Counted from the stretch's first letter, positions 1 to 11,496 are shown. The stretch is DNA of 25,321 bases from Octopus sinensis (GCF_006345805.1 NW_021836053.1:1-25321); one strand, 5' to 3'. The notes: generated by a model not told the origin, from the sequence alone. A program made the numbers and translations.

Positions 1-136
1 GTTCGGCAAAAGAGACCGATAGAATAAGTACTGGGCTTACAAAAGAATAATCCCGGGGTCGAGTTGCTCGATTAAAGGCGGTGCTCCAGCATGGCCGCAG
101 TCAAAATGACTGAAACAAGGAAAAAGAAAAAGAAAA
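1..136 (+). mobile_element. 3' part of SINE family A (cut by window edge)
   Basis: Closely matches 13900-14035 (gatagaataagtact...ggggtcga...gcggtgctccagcatggcc-cagtcaaaatgactgaaacaag), followed by an A-rich tail. Confidence 0.85.
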
Positions 137-214
137 TATATATATATATGTGTGTGTGTGTGCTCGTGTGTGTATGTGTGTGTACATATATATGTATGTT
201 TATATATATATAGG

Positions 215-380
215 TGTTGTGTATACGTCCTTATCTCTGTGTTTATGCATGCCCCAATTAAAAAACCAGTATTATCTATATCACGTTTTTCATACTCTAT
301 AACGTAGCAGTTCGACAAACAGAACCGGTTAAAGAAAGTAGCAGTTGGTGCCTGAGCATGGCTGCGGTCTAATGACTGCA
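215..380 (+). mobile_element. Highly decayed SINE family A tail
   Basis: taacgtagcagttcgacaaacagaaccg...gcatggctgcggtctaatgactg resembles the family A tail at 13890-14015. Confidence 0.55.
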
Positions 381-1037
381 GCCTGTACGATGCTGCCGTG
401 GAATCATATACGGCACACGCAAAACCTCACCATCTCGTATATAATAACGAAATAGGAGGAAAGCCAGTTGTTTATATAAACCATTGCAGCCACTTTTAAA
501 TCCGTTAGCATTAACAAATCACTTTGTTCTCACTCTCAGTTAATGCAACACGAAAAATGCACTTTACGAATTCATCTGGGGAAAACGAAAGATGAGGGAA
601 GAACACGGAAATTAAACGCTACATCCTGCATCAAACGACAAGTTTACAAACTGCTTGATGCCTCATAGAATCAAGCCCCACCACGACCACCACCACAGAC
701 ACACACGGACACACACGGACATAAATATAAATATATACATACATATGCACACACATACACGTACATAGGTTTTAGTCAATCCACGTGAAATGTAGTATAA
801 TATAGTATAGTATAGTGCTTGGAATTTTATGCATCTATCCGTTTTCCCAACCAGCAACTAGCTATTTCCTACTTACAAACGTCCAGGTACAAGATGGCTA
901 CCAACCTATTTTGCTAGCTAGATATTCGTTAATAATATACATACTCACACATATATACGTATATATGTATGCATATGTATACATATATATATATATACAC
1001 TTTTATATATACATGTATATATATATATATATATATA

Positions 1038-1128
1038 GTTAATCCAAACAAGAAAACAAAAAACACAATAACGCAAGGTCGTGGAACAAATAAAGTATTA
1101 TTGGACGCCCAGGAAAGAACGGAAGAAA
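1038..1128 (-). mobile_element. Fragment of Penelope-like pseudo-LTR tail
   Basis: Similar to 23030-23115 (aacaaa..aagtatta.ttggac...aggaaa), which lies next to a hammerhead-like motif. Embedded in (TA)n. Confidence 0.4.
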
Positions 1129-1167
1129 TATATATATATATATAATATATATATATATATAATATTC

Positions 1168-1220
<53 letters not shown>

Positions 1221-1231
1221 TGTGTGTGTGT

Positions 1232-1341
1232 ATGAATAGAAATGGCTTTTCTGATAGCTTTTCCACTTTAATAATTAGATGTTTATATAAACATCTAATT
1301 ATTAAAGTGGAAAAATTATCAGAATAACCATTTCTATTCAT
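1232..1341. repeat. 110-bp loopless palindrome
   Basis: Centre gtttat|ataaac at 1286/1287. Perfect arms 1259-1286 and 1287-1314, extending to 1232-1341 with 4 mismatches. Confidence 0.95.
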
Positions 1342-1437
1342 TTTTTCAAATATATAATACTTTACCAAGGAATTTCTATTTTATATTCTACTGTGTGTGT
1401 GTGTGTGTGTGTAGGTGTGATTCCTTGATATACGTAA

Positions 1438-1957
1438 GCGCAAGTATGGCTGTGTGGTAAGAAGTTTGCTTTCCAGCCGCAGGATTCTAGGTTCTGGCCT
1501 ACAGCGCAGTAACTTCGGCGAATGTCTTCTACTATAGTCCCGGGTTAAACCAGAGCCTTGTGAGTAGAGTTGGTAGATGGAAACTGCGTACACACACATA
1601 TACAAATATGCGAAAAGATTCTACGCAATTTAAATATATATATGTGAATGTGTGTGTGCCCGTGTGTGTATGCGTGGGCATGTGTGCCCGCGCGAGCGTG
1701 TGTGTATGTGTGTACGTATGTTTGCATGTGTGTGTGTTTTTGTGTCTGTAACTTTCACCCCACCACTTGACAACAAATGTTGGTTTATTTACGTCCTCGT
1801 ATCTTAGTGGTTCTGCAAAACAGACCGACGGAATAAGTACAAGACTTAACAAAAATATAAAATAAAATAAACAAGTACAGGCATCGATTTGTTCGACTAA
1901 ACCCATCCAGGGGGTGCCCTAATATGGACGTAGTCCAGTGACTGAGACAAGCAAAGA
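1438..1957 (+). mobile_element. Diverged full-length SINE family A with internal (TA)/(TG) microsatellite
   Basis: Head tggctgtgtggtaagaag, body tgtcttctactatag...gccttgtgagt...tggtagatggaaactg and tail all align to 13561-14035. Confidence 0.85.
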
Positions 1958-2287
1958 CACATTTCGTGTGAAAGGAAAGCTAAACCATGGACATACACAT
2001 CTATTGAATTCTAATCGTTACTAAACCATTAATAACATTTACCATTACTAAAATAAATAACCAATATACAATTGAACGGTTATTGAACAGAACAATATGG
2101 CGGCGGTATCAGACACGAAGAGCCATCAACGGAACTATCAGGATGACAAACAGATTTAACGATTCCTCGGTGAATTCGCCATTAGTCTATAAGCGAGAAA
2201 GTAATTGATTACTATTTCTCCCTCCAATTTTATGGAGAAGTTATGCATGTCGCAGACAGACAGGTATGCATTTGTATCTATATACAC

Positions 2288-2418
2288 ATGTATGTATGTA
2301 TGTATGTATGTATGTATGTATGTATGTATGTATGTATGTTTGTATGTATGTATGTATGTTTGTATGTATGTATGTATGTATGTATATATATATATATATA
2401 TACACTCATATATATGTA

Positions 2419-2452
<34 letters not shown>
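2288..2452. repeat. (TATG)n then (TA)n microsatellite
   Basis: Direct reading. Confidence 0.95.
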
Positions 2453-2453
<1 letters not shown>

Positions 2454-2736
2454 GCGAGAATGAAGCAACAAGAATGGATAGGTTTTTAGTACAATCGTTT
2501 CATACAAGGACAGGCTTTATTAAAAGTTGTAAAAATTACAGCATATAAACGTGTCCCGTACTCATCAGCTAAAACATGTGAGTTCTCTAGACATCCTAGT
2601 GGTTGAGGCTATACTCATGAAGTAAAGTAGATAATTAAGTAACATAACAGATTTCCAAAGTTCATTAAAGTTCTTTAAAGATGATGTACAGTCTTATCAC
2701 AGAATTTTAAAAAAGTTCTAATAGCATCACAGAGAA
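2454..2736 (-). repeat. Left arm of ~285-bp inverted repeat
   Basis: Reverse complement of 3891-4176, with 2 substitutions and 3 nt of indels seen by eye. Confidence 0.97.
2484..2574 (-). ncRNA. Type I hammerhead ribozyme (minus strand)
   Basis: Minus strand reads ttttag-CTGATGA-gtacgggaca...tgtccttgtat-GAAAC-gatt-GTA^ctaaaa. Predicted cleavage between 2490 and 2489. Confidence 0.82.
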
Positions 2737-3007
2737 GGTGACCTAATCCATAGAGCACATATGAATTTCCAGCGATATGATGAGGGATTATATACTCACA
2801 GAAGACAAATTTATCCATTGTTAATCACAACGAGGTGGGTCTCAATTCCTGCTTATTAGCATTACAGAGAGGTGAATAATCCTTGTATAGATGCACAATT
2901 CCAATGGTGTAGATGTAAGTTTCCAGAGAAATGAAGAGGAATTTCATATTCACAGGCGATAAATTTATCAATGGTTGAACACAATGAGGTATGTATCAAT
3001 TCTTGTT
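2721..3007. repeat. Diverged tandem duplication of ~140-150 bp
   Basis: tagcat.acagaga.ggtga...tttccag.ga.atga.gagg.att..ata.tcacag..ga.aaatttatc.at.gtt.a.cacaa.gaggt occurs at ~2721-2853 and ~2857-3007. Confidence 0.8.
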
Positions 3008-3890
3008 ATATGATTAGGTATGTTGCCACATTAATCACATTACTGCTATTTACAAGAGGCTGTAGCTATTTAACTTTTAAAGGCTGAAGGGCTTTCTAGA
3101 GAGGCCAAGAATAGAAAGGGAAGGGAATAGAAGAAAAGAGAGAAAATATAGGAGGAGGGAGCAAAAAAAGGGGGGGGAAGGGGACTAAAGAAAGAGAAAG
3201 AAAAAAGAAAAAAGAGAATAAGAAGAAAAACAAAAAAAGAGAAAAGAGAAAGAAATAGGGAAGAAGGGAAAAAATAAAATAAAAAAGAGGGTTCTAGTTA
3301 TACAGAAGAATTAGTAGACGGCAAGTCTGTTTTAATTTACAGGCATCTAGGAACTAGAGGAGAATATTATTCTATGGCCAGTAAAACAGCTAATTTATTG
3401 CTGTTGAAATCAGCTATGATTTAAAGAGAATCTAAAGAGATAACACAGTCAGGGGTTAGGGGTCAGATGCTAAAATCAAAAGAAAATACATTAGGAAAAT
3501 CTAAGATAATCTTATCAAAAAGTCAATAAAACTTACTTATTTAATTTATTCATTTTATTGTCTTAAGGAGTTGCCGTTATTATTCATACATTTACGGACT
3601 ACAGGTCAAATCTTAGAAGATCATTCAAGGTGTTAGGGGATTGTCTATCATAATGAAGATAATCATATTATCACCGAGGGGGTAGCCTTATTTATTTAAT
3701 TTTGAAATAGAATTATGGGGCTATAGTATCTCATTTTATTTTATTAGAGTTATGCTACTTAGATTAGATTAAGTTAGGAATTAAAATTAAAAATTACAAT
3801 TAAGATTTAAAATTAAGAATTTAAAAATTATGAGTTTGAAATTAAATAAAGCCTCAATTAAGCAGCGTATAAGTACTATTCATTTCCCTG

Positions 3891-4176
3891 TTCTCTGTGA
3901 TGCTATTAGAACTTTTTTAAAATTCTGTGATAAGACTGTACATCATCTTTAAAGAACTTTAATGAACTTTGGAAATCTGTTTATGTTACTTAATTATCTA
4001 CTTTACTTCATGAGTATAGCCTCAACCACTAGGATGTCTAGAGAACTCACATGTATTTTAGCTGATGAGTACGGGACACGTTTATATGCTGTAATTTTTA
4101 CAACTTTTAATAAGGCCTGTCCTTGTATGAAACGATTGTACTAAAAACCTATCCATTCTTGTTGCTTCTTTCTCGC
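3891..4176 (+). repeat. Right arm of ~285-bp inverted repeat
   Basis: Reverse complement of 2454-2736. Confidence 0.97.
4056..4146 (+). ncRNA. Type I hammerhead ribozyme (plus strand)
   Basis: Stem I ttttag(4056-61)/ctaaaa(4141-46); core CTGATGA 4062-68; stem II gtacgggaca/tgtccttgtat enclosing 4069-4128; GAAAC 4129-33; loop gatt; NUH triplet GTA 4138-40. Confidence 0.82.
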
Positions 4177-4291
4177 TTATAATCACCCCACATTACTGTT
4201 GTTAAACAGTATAGTTTTTTTTGGTGCATCTAAGTTGGTACCATATTCAAGTAAATTCATTTAAATTAACTTGAATCTTTATTGCTTTTTG

Positions 4292-4571
4292 TATATATAT
4301 AATATATATATAGATACATACATATATACATACATATACATACATTTATACATACATACATAATACACACTACGTGCATACTGAGCATATGCATGAAAGA
4401 AAGAAATGCTGTATACAAGAGACCAAGCACAGACATTTCTTTCTTTCTTTCTTTGTGGGTATATATATATATTATATATATATAATATATTATATATATG
4501 TATGTATATATATATATGTATATATGTATATATATGTATATATATGTATATATGTGTATATATGTATATAC

Positions 4572-4617
<46 letters not shown>

Positions 4618-4690
4618 CATGCACAAACGCATAATTTGAACACACCAACAAATTCACACACACACACAAACATACACGCACACACAAACA
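4292..4690. repeat. Compound (TA)/(CATA)/(CA) microsatellite region
   Basis: Direct reading. Confidence 0.9.
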
Positions 4691-4924
4691 AAGACACAGA
4701 GACATATTTTCTACTGTCATAGAAGGCTATACAAGAAAGCTGCTTATATCAATGAATGAATCAATCAATCAATCAAGGTCAATGTTGCTATGTGGAGTAG
4801 CCCAGACACCTCGTTACTGGTTATCAGTCAGAGATCTCGATATACAGAGAGAACATCTGACAAAAAAAAGGCATATTTCAGCTGTCAATAGACCAATTGA
4901 ATAGTGGTTACTTTGCTGAAGGTA

Positions 4925-5920
4925 ATGCAACACATGCAAACACTGTTCACATATATAGGACAGCTGTTGTTACATATATAGATAACACAATTCAAATATC
5001 TGGAGCAAATATCTAGGACAGTGACACTACTGTTGCATGCACAAGGGTCGCAAATCTGACGTAGTATTGCTGTTGTTGCATCCAAACTCACAAACACTGG
5101 AACATATCTAGAACCATGCAACTGCTGTTAAAATGGACGGTGGCATGGTGCAGACATATCTAGGACAGTACTGCGGATGTTACATCTGGACAAATACTGC
5201 TGACATATCTGGGACAATGTTCCTGAAGTTACCTGCACAGTGTCACATATCTGGGACAGTGCTGCAGATGTTCGATGCACAAACACTGCGATATGCTAGG
5301 GACAGTGTAACTGCAGTTATATGTACAGTTGCCACACTCTAGGACAGTGCTCCTAAAGTTACATGCACAAATGCTGATCGCATACCTTACACAGTGTTAC
5401 TGCCATCACATGCATTGTGGTCACAAATCTAGAATAGTCTTCCTACAGTTACATGAACAATCACTGTTCACATACTTAGGACAGTGTAACTACCATCACA
5501 TGCATTGCGGCCACAGAACAAAGATAGCGTTCCTGAAATTACATGCACAAACACCGCTCACAAATCTAAGACAGTGTTGTGCTTGTTACATTGTTCATTT
5601 ATCTAGGCCAATGCTATTTCAATTATATGTATTCACATATATCTAGTACAGAATTTCTGCTGTTACATGCAGAATGGTTATATATTTGGGACAGTAATGC
5701 AGGTATTACACGCACAAAAGTTCTTGAAATTTGATTTTTGTTGTTGTTGTTGTTGCTGCTATTGTTAATGTCAGTGTTGTTACTGTTACATGCACAAACA
5801 TATCTAGGACACTGCTGTTGATGTTTTATATACAGTGGTCACACATAAAACACCCGAAACTATTCTCGGACAATATTACCGTTATTGCTGTCGCTGTTAC
5901 ATGCACAAATATCCTCGACC
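4925..5920. repeat. Degenerate minisatellite, ~40-50-bp monomers with a local 90-bp dimer
   Basis: Recurrent acatatctaggacagtg...gttacatgcacaaa. ccatcacatgcattg occurs at 5403 and 5493. Confidence 0.85.
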
Positions 5921-6019
5921 ACAATTAACTAGACTTCACCAACGTTTTTCAATCGTGAGGCATCTCACACACATTGTTTCGCCCCTCTACTTTTATACTG
6001 TTATGATAATGGTCTCTCT

Positions 6020-6200
6020 TCTTATCAACCAGCAGCCTTCGTTTTACTGTCGCTGCGGTCGAGTCGCTGCATTGGCTTCACAACTTCCTATCTTCCCATC
6101 TGTGTTTCATTTCCATGAAACACTGCACTGTGTTAAGCACTTTGTTCGCTCGTTCTTCCCTACAATTACCATCCACCGGAATTTTGTCATTATCCAAAGG
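6020..6200 (+). mobile_element. Possible very old LINE (CR1/L2-like) 3' remnant
   Basis: Frame reads ...[15 protein letters not shown], reminiscent of the SFFPRT..WN C-terminal motif. Otherwise weak. Confidence 0.25.
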
Positions 6201-6339
6201 TAAATGAGTATACACAAGATCTATTTATCTATCTGGCTGTTTGCCTGTCTGTCTGTCTGCATCTGTGTATGTATATGCAAAAACAAAGGAAGAAGTCAAC
6301 CAGACCAGTAGACACAACACTTACAAGTAAACGCACATT

Positions 6340-6592
6340 CATATACATATATAGACGCATTATATATATATGTATTTATGTATATATATATATATATATA
6401 TATAGTATATATATATATATATTATATATATATATATATATATCTATATATATATATATATATATAATATATATATATATATATAATATATATATATATA
6501 TATACATATACATACGTAGGAATGAAACACAGATGGAAGATGTGTATGTATATATATATACGTGTGTGTGTGTGTGTATGTATATATATATA
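6340..6592. repeat. (TA)n-rich microsatellite
   Basis: Direct reading. Confidence 0.9.
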
Positions 6593-6922
6593 ATTTGTTT
6601 ATAGAAAATTTATTTCTCATGCATTGACTTTTTCATACAAAAAAAATTAATAAAAAAATCAATAACAAAAAATATAATGAAATAAAAGCTAACCATAAAA
6701 TAAAAATTAAATATGTTAAAATCGGAAAATTGATCTCAAAATGTTATTCTTTTACCTCCATTTTTATTTATTTTATTTATTTATTTATATGTTTATTATT
6801 GTAATAATTACTCTTCAATTTTTACTGATTTCCATATAATGCCAGGCCTCTCCCGCCGCCAAACCGGACCTCCTTTGTGACGACATTTTTCTGTCCTTTG
6901 AGAACGAATAAATGCTTGTTGG

Positions 6923-7490
6923 TTTTTCCCCCCTTGATCCCTCTGTCTGAATGTCTATCTCTCTGCTTCTCTTTCTCCATATCTCTCCTTGTCTCTCCCT
7001 AACTCCCCCTTGCTCCGTCTTCCTCTCTCTCTATTTCCCTTTCTCTTTCCCTGTCTCTCTTTCTCTCGTCTCTATCTCTCTCTCACTCCCCTCTCTTTTG
7101 CCCCCCTCTCTCTCCGCCATTCTCCTTACCTTTCTTCCTCTCTCTTCTCCTTTACCCCTCTCTCTGACACATTTCCATGTTTCTTTTTTTTTCTATCTTC
7201 TTTTCTCTCACTCTCTTAATCTTGCTCTCTCTCTCTCTCTGTTACTCTTACTCTATCTTTCCCTCCATTTTCTCCTTCCATTTTTCTCTCCTTCTTTCCC
7301 CCTTCTCTCCACTTCTTCTTCCCCCTCTTCTTTTCTCTCTCTGTACCTTTCTCTCTTTCTCCCTGACATATTTCCACGTGGCTTTCCCTCTCTCAATTCT
7401 AGCTGCTCTTATCTTAAACTTGCTCACACTCTCCTATTCTTTCTCACTTTCTTACTCTCTCTCTCTCTTTCTCTCCCTCTCCTTCCCCAT
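6923..7490. repeat. Polypyrimidine (CT-rich) low-complexity tract
   Basis: ~570 bp almost entirely C/T on the plus strand. Confidence 0.9.
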
Positions 7491-7633
7491 TTATAAGATA
7501 AATTTCAAAATACAAAACCTCGCTTTCATAAAACAAATCGTGATTTAATGATGATGATGTCAACAAATTTTGATTTCTTTTGTCACTCACCGCACTCGCC
7601 AAATTTTTTCCTACATTTATTCTCCTCGTCGCT

Positions 7634-7647
7634 ATCATCATCGTCAC

Positions 7648-7686
<39 letters not shown>

Positions 7687-8029
7687 TATCATCATCATCA
7701 TCGTCGTCGTCGTCGTCATCATCGTCGTCATCATCATCGTCATCATCATCGTCGTCATCATCATCATTGTCATCATCATCATCATCATCGTCAACATCAT
7801 TATCATCGTCGTCATCATCATCGTCATCATCATCATCGTCATCATAGTCATCATCATCATCATCATCATCGTCATCATCGTCATCATCATCATCATCATC
7901 ATCGTCATCATCGTCATCATCATCATCATCGTCGTCGTCATCATCGTCATCATCATCATCGTCATCATCATCGTCATCATCAGCGTCATCGTCATCGTCG
8001 TCATCATCATCATCATCATCATCATCACT

Positions 8030-8062
<33 letters not shown>

Positions 8063-8111
8063 GTCGTCGTCGTCGTCGTCGTCATCATCATCATCATCGT
8101 CGTCGTCGTCG

Positions 8112-8142
<31 letters not shown>

Positions 8143-8460
8143 AACCATCATACCACTACCGTCATTATCATCACAGCCATCACGAGCGTTATGCCGACCT
8201 TCATCGTTGCCGTGATGGTCCCCATCATCCCTGCCATCGCCATCCCCATCGCCTCAATAAAGATCACCATCATCATCACCAACACCATGATCATCATTAC
8301 CATTTTGGTCGTCGACGTCGTCGTCGTCGTCATCGCCATCATCACCATCACCGACGTCATCATTATCATTAGCGCCTCTACCAAAACCACCGCCACCACC
8401 ATAATCACCACTATCATCATCATCATCATCATCATTACCATCACAGTCATCATCATGATC
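7634..8460. repeat. (CAT)n/(CGT)n trinucleotide array, decaying to CAC/CAT variants at the 3' end
   Basis: Direct reading. Source of the spurious poly-His/Met/Ile/Ser ORFs. Confidence 0.97.
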
Positions 8461-9339
8461 TTCATATTTATTTATTTTTGTAATGTGTTTTTTCCTTCTG
8501 TTATTTACTGCATATCATTATCATCATCTTATCTCAACACGGATTTTCTGTTACCACTCATCACACCCCACCACCACCACCACCACCCATCGCCACCCGC
8601 CACTGCACCCAACCCTCCCCCCGCCGTTTTCGTAATTAAGATAAAGAACACGATTGATTTATCTTATTTACAACTTTATTTCTTAGAAACTTTTCAGACC
8701 TTTCTTTATTATATCTTCAGATTGTTGTTGTTGGTATTATCGTTATTTAATAATCATGTTCTTATTGTTGTCTTTTCTTTTTTGTGTTTTTGAAAACATA
8801 ATTTTTGTTGTTATTGTTGTTGTTGTTGTTGTAGCTGTTGTTAATGTTATTTTATAATTATGTAGTCGTTATTGTTGTTGTTATTATTGTTGCTGTTCTC
8901 TGCTTCAGTTTGTGATTTTAAATCCAATTATTCTATTATTATTTAAAAAAAATAATAATATCGACAAATATATTATAGGTGATCATTGATTGGATTATTG
9001 CATATAGAAATTATACACACATACATATACACATACCCTCACGCGTACACATACGTACACCTACAGTGAAAAACACAACACACAAACATTCATATAAAAG
9101 CAAAAAATAAAAGACAAAAGCAAAAAAAAAACATTGCACTTGAAAGAAAGAAAAACAATTAATCCGATAATAACCTTTAACAGGAATTGAACCATGAAAC
9201 TCTTGTTACAGATGTCAAGTTCAACTCTTGGTAGTGATTAGAAAAAGTTTTCTTTCAATGTTAATGGTTATAATTATGTTAATATATGCATATTGGAGTG
9301 TGTGAGTGTATGTATGTGTGTATGCAATTATGTACGCAA

Positions 9340-9475
9340 GTATGTATGTATGTATGTATGTATGTATGTATGTATGTATGTATGTATGTATGTATGTATG
9401 TATGTATGTATGTATGTATGGATAGATGGCTGCATGCATGCATGTATGTATGCATGTATGTATGCATGTGTATAT
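9340..9475. repeat. (TATG)n microsatellite
   Basis: Direct reading. Confidence 0.95.
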
Positions 9476-10079
9476 GTGTGAGGAAATGTGTGACTATGTA
9501 TAACTAATTAGTAAATTGTACGGACAGGATCAGTGTGTAGTTAATTGAAAATACCTTTAAAGCCCGATATATACAACATACCCAATAGTTTAGTTACTGG
9601 AACCAGAACAGTTCTGCTCCATTATCAAAATACGTTCAGTAGTTAAGAGATATAGAGGTAAAAGCAACCTACAAAAAAAAAATGATGTATCGCGTTAAAT
9701 AAAGACCAACATCTTTTGTACAAATTGTACTCTGTTTGCAACTAAAAATCTCATAATATTAACAATACACCACAACATAAAAAATATGAAAATAGAAATA
9801 CTTTATTTATATTAAAAAACAATTCAAATTTCTGTCACTCAAACATATTCCTCAGTCAGGGTCTCATTTGTCTTGCAAACCGGTGAATATATAAATAAAA
9901 TTCTGTATTAGGAATGCGAAATATCAAACTTGGCATAATAAAATCTAATGTTTTATTCAAAAATATTTTGAAACTTGAAAATTTGGAATTGAAAGAAAGA
10001 AACAGGGGATGTTCTGTGAGAAATTTCTACCGAAAACACGATTTTCATCCTTGGATAACAACCAAGAAGGTTTGAAAAA

Positions 10080-10295
10080 TGGCTATTTCTTGTTTCCTTC
10101 AAACTTTGCTTTTGCTACATTTATTCAAACCCCAAAGAATCCCTCTCAACATATGGCTATCATGTTCCCCCACGACTCCTGCTCATGATCAGAGATGCAC
10201 ATATTGTCAGCCGCTAAGGGACATGCTCAGTTAGTTAAGGACAAGTAACTGACAAACAAATGTATGGTATTGAGCAGAATATTTGCTATAACAAT
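10080..10295. mobile_element. Probable interspersed repeat fragment, class unknown
   Basis: Composition shift. ccccaaagaatccctctcaac...gatcagagatgcacatat..tcagcc.ctaagggacatgctc resembles a repeat I recall from octopus DNA, which I cannot verify here. Confidence 0.4.
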
Positions 10296-11009
10296 ATTCC
10301 TACTTCAGCAACTCAGTGCTGAATCTGTGTGAAATGTAATGGAAAATAGGTCAGCTTCAAAATATTGATGTCTGGGTCGCGAAAACAAAGTTTGAAGGGA
10401 ATAGCAGTCATTTCCTTTAATTTCTAGATTGAAGCAAATACTGACAAAAGTCAAAAACCATAAGTTTTGTTACACAATGTAATTGATATTTCTTGTCGCG
10501 AATTTACGATCTTAACCTGAAATTTATATTCTCAAGTAATTTATGCATAGTATACACAGAATATAAACATATTGTAGGATATCCAAAGAAATGTTTTGGA
10601 ACCCGAACACTTTTAAAATGATTTTTGTTTCATAGCAGAAAATTTATCGTCTGCGGTAATTTGTATGTTCGGAAACTCAAAGCAACTTTCATTCAAAGAT
10701 ATTAAGTATAATAAACAATTATAATCTTGAATGTGAACAGAAAAATTTTTCTCTTGTTTCACGTGTGTATATTTATATACGTATGCATGTACGCATGCAT
10801 GTATGTATGTATTTATGTCTGTATAAATATATGTAGATGTATAAATTTAATGCACAATACGGGCATGTAAAATAAGTTATCATCTATTTATTACGCATTT
10901 AAACTGAGTTATAAGGTAGAGGTTGCGAAAAGATCGTTGTAATATGGGTGTCAAATGGTGAAATAAATATATTTATCATATACCTCTTCTCTTTGTATTT
11001 TATGTATAA

Positions 11010-11030
11010 TTATATATATAAAAGAGAGTT

Positions 11031-11062
<32 letters not shown>

Positions 11063-11140
11063 CCTTATGCATTCGAAAACTGAGTTGCCGATTTTGACGT
11101 ATGGGGTATTAAAAAATTCAGTAATCTTTCGGCCTCCAAA
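11010..11140 (+). mobile_element. Possible 5' end of an old non-autonomous Helitron
   Basis: Architecture tatatataaaa..agtt-(GT)n-...ccgattttgacg parallels the 5' end of the 23664-24030 Helitron (ccgattctgatg). No clear CTAG 3' end found. Confidence 0.35.
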
Positions 11141-11390
11141 TAAACTTTATTTTCATTTACATATTTTCTACGTTATCTCAACAACCATCTATGATTATTT
11201 GAAAAAAAACCCCAAAAAAACCGTGCACTACAACGACCAGGTTTCGATAGAAAGTGAAAATAGTTTCACACTTGCAATTTGAACCAACGATACAAAGTGT
11301 TGCATTACGCGAGTGACGATGTGTGAATAATGAAAGTAATGTTTCTCTGAATTACTCACATCAATGCAATAATAAAGAAAGCAGCTTATC

Positions 11391-11496
<106 letters not shown>

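Larger units (their letters stand above)
2454..4291. mobile_element. Non-coding Penelope-like/retrozyme-like element with inverted hammerhead-containing terminal repeats
   Basis: Arms 2454-2736 and 3891-4176 are reverse complements. Each holds a hammerhead. No ORF in the track between 2549 and 3961. Both ends abut TA-rich microsatellite. Inverted pseudo-LTRs with hammerheads are established Penelope-like element traits. Confidence 0.7.

Noticed and set aside
2093-2106. YY1-like motif caatatggcggcgg / possible start codon
   Set aside because: Single short motif; the ORF is only 20 codons and there is no other promoter evidence.
4925-5920. CRISPR-like array or C2H2 zinc-finger cluster
   Set aside because: Units are degenerate along their whole length with no unique spacers and no cas genes; the period is not 84 bp and TGEKP linkers and C2H2 spacing are absent.
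7444-8793. Long poly-His/Arg, poly-Met/Thr, poly-Ile/Val and poly-Ser ORFs (up to 407 aa)
   Set aside because: All frames of a (CAT/CGT)n array that cannot contain stops; no domain content.
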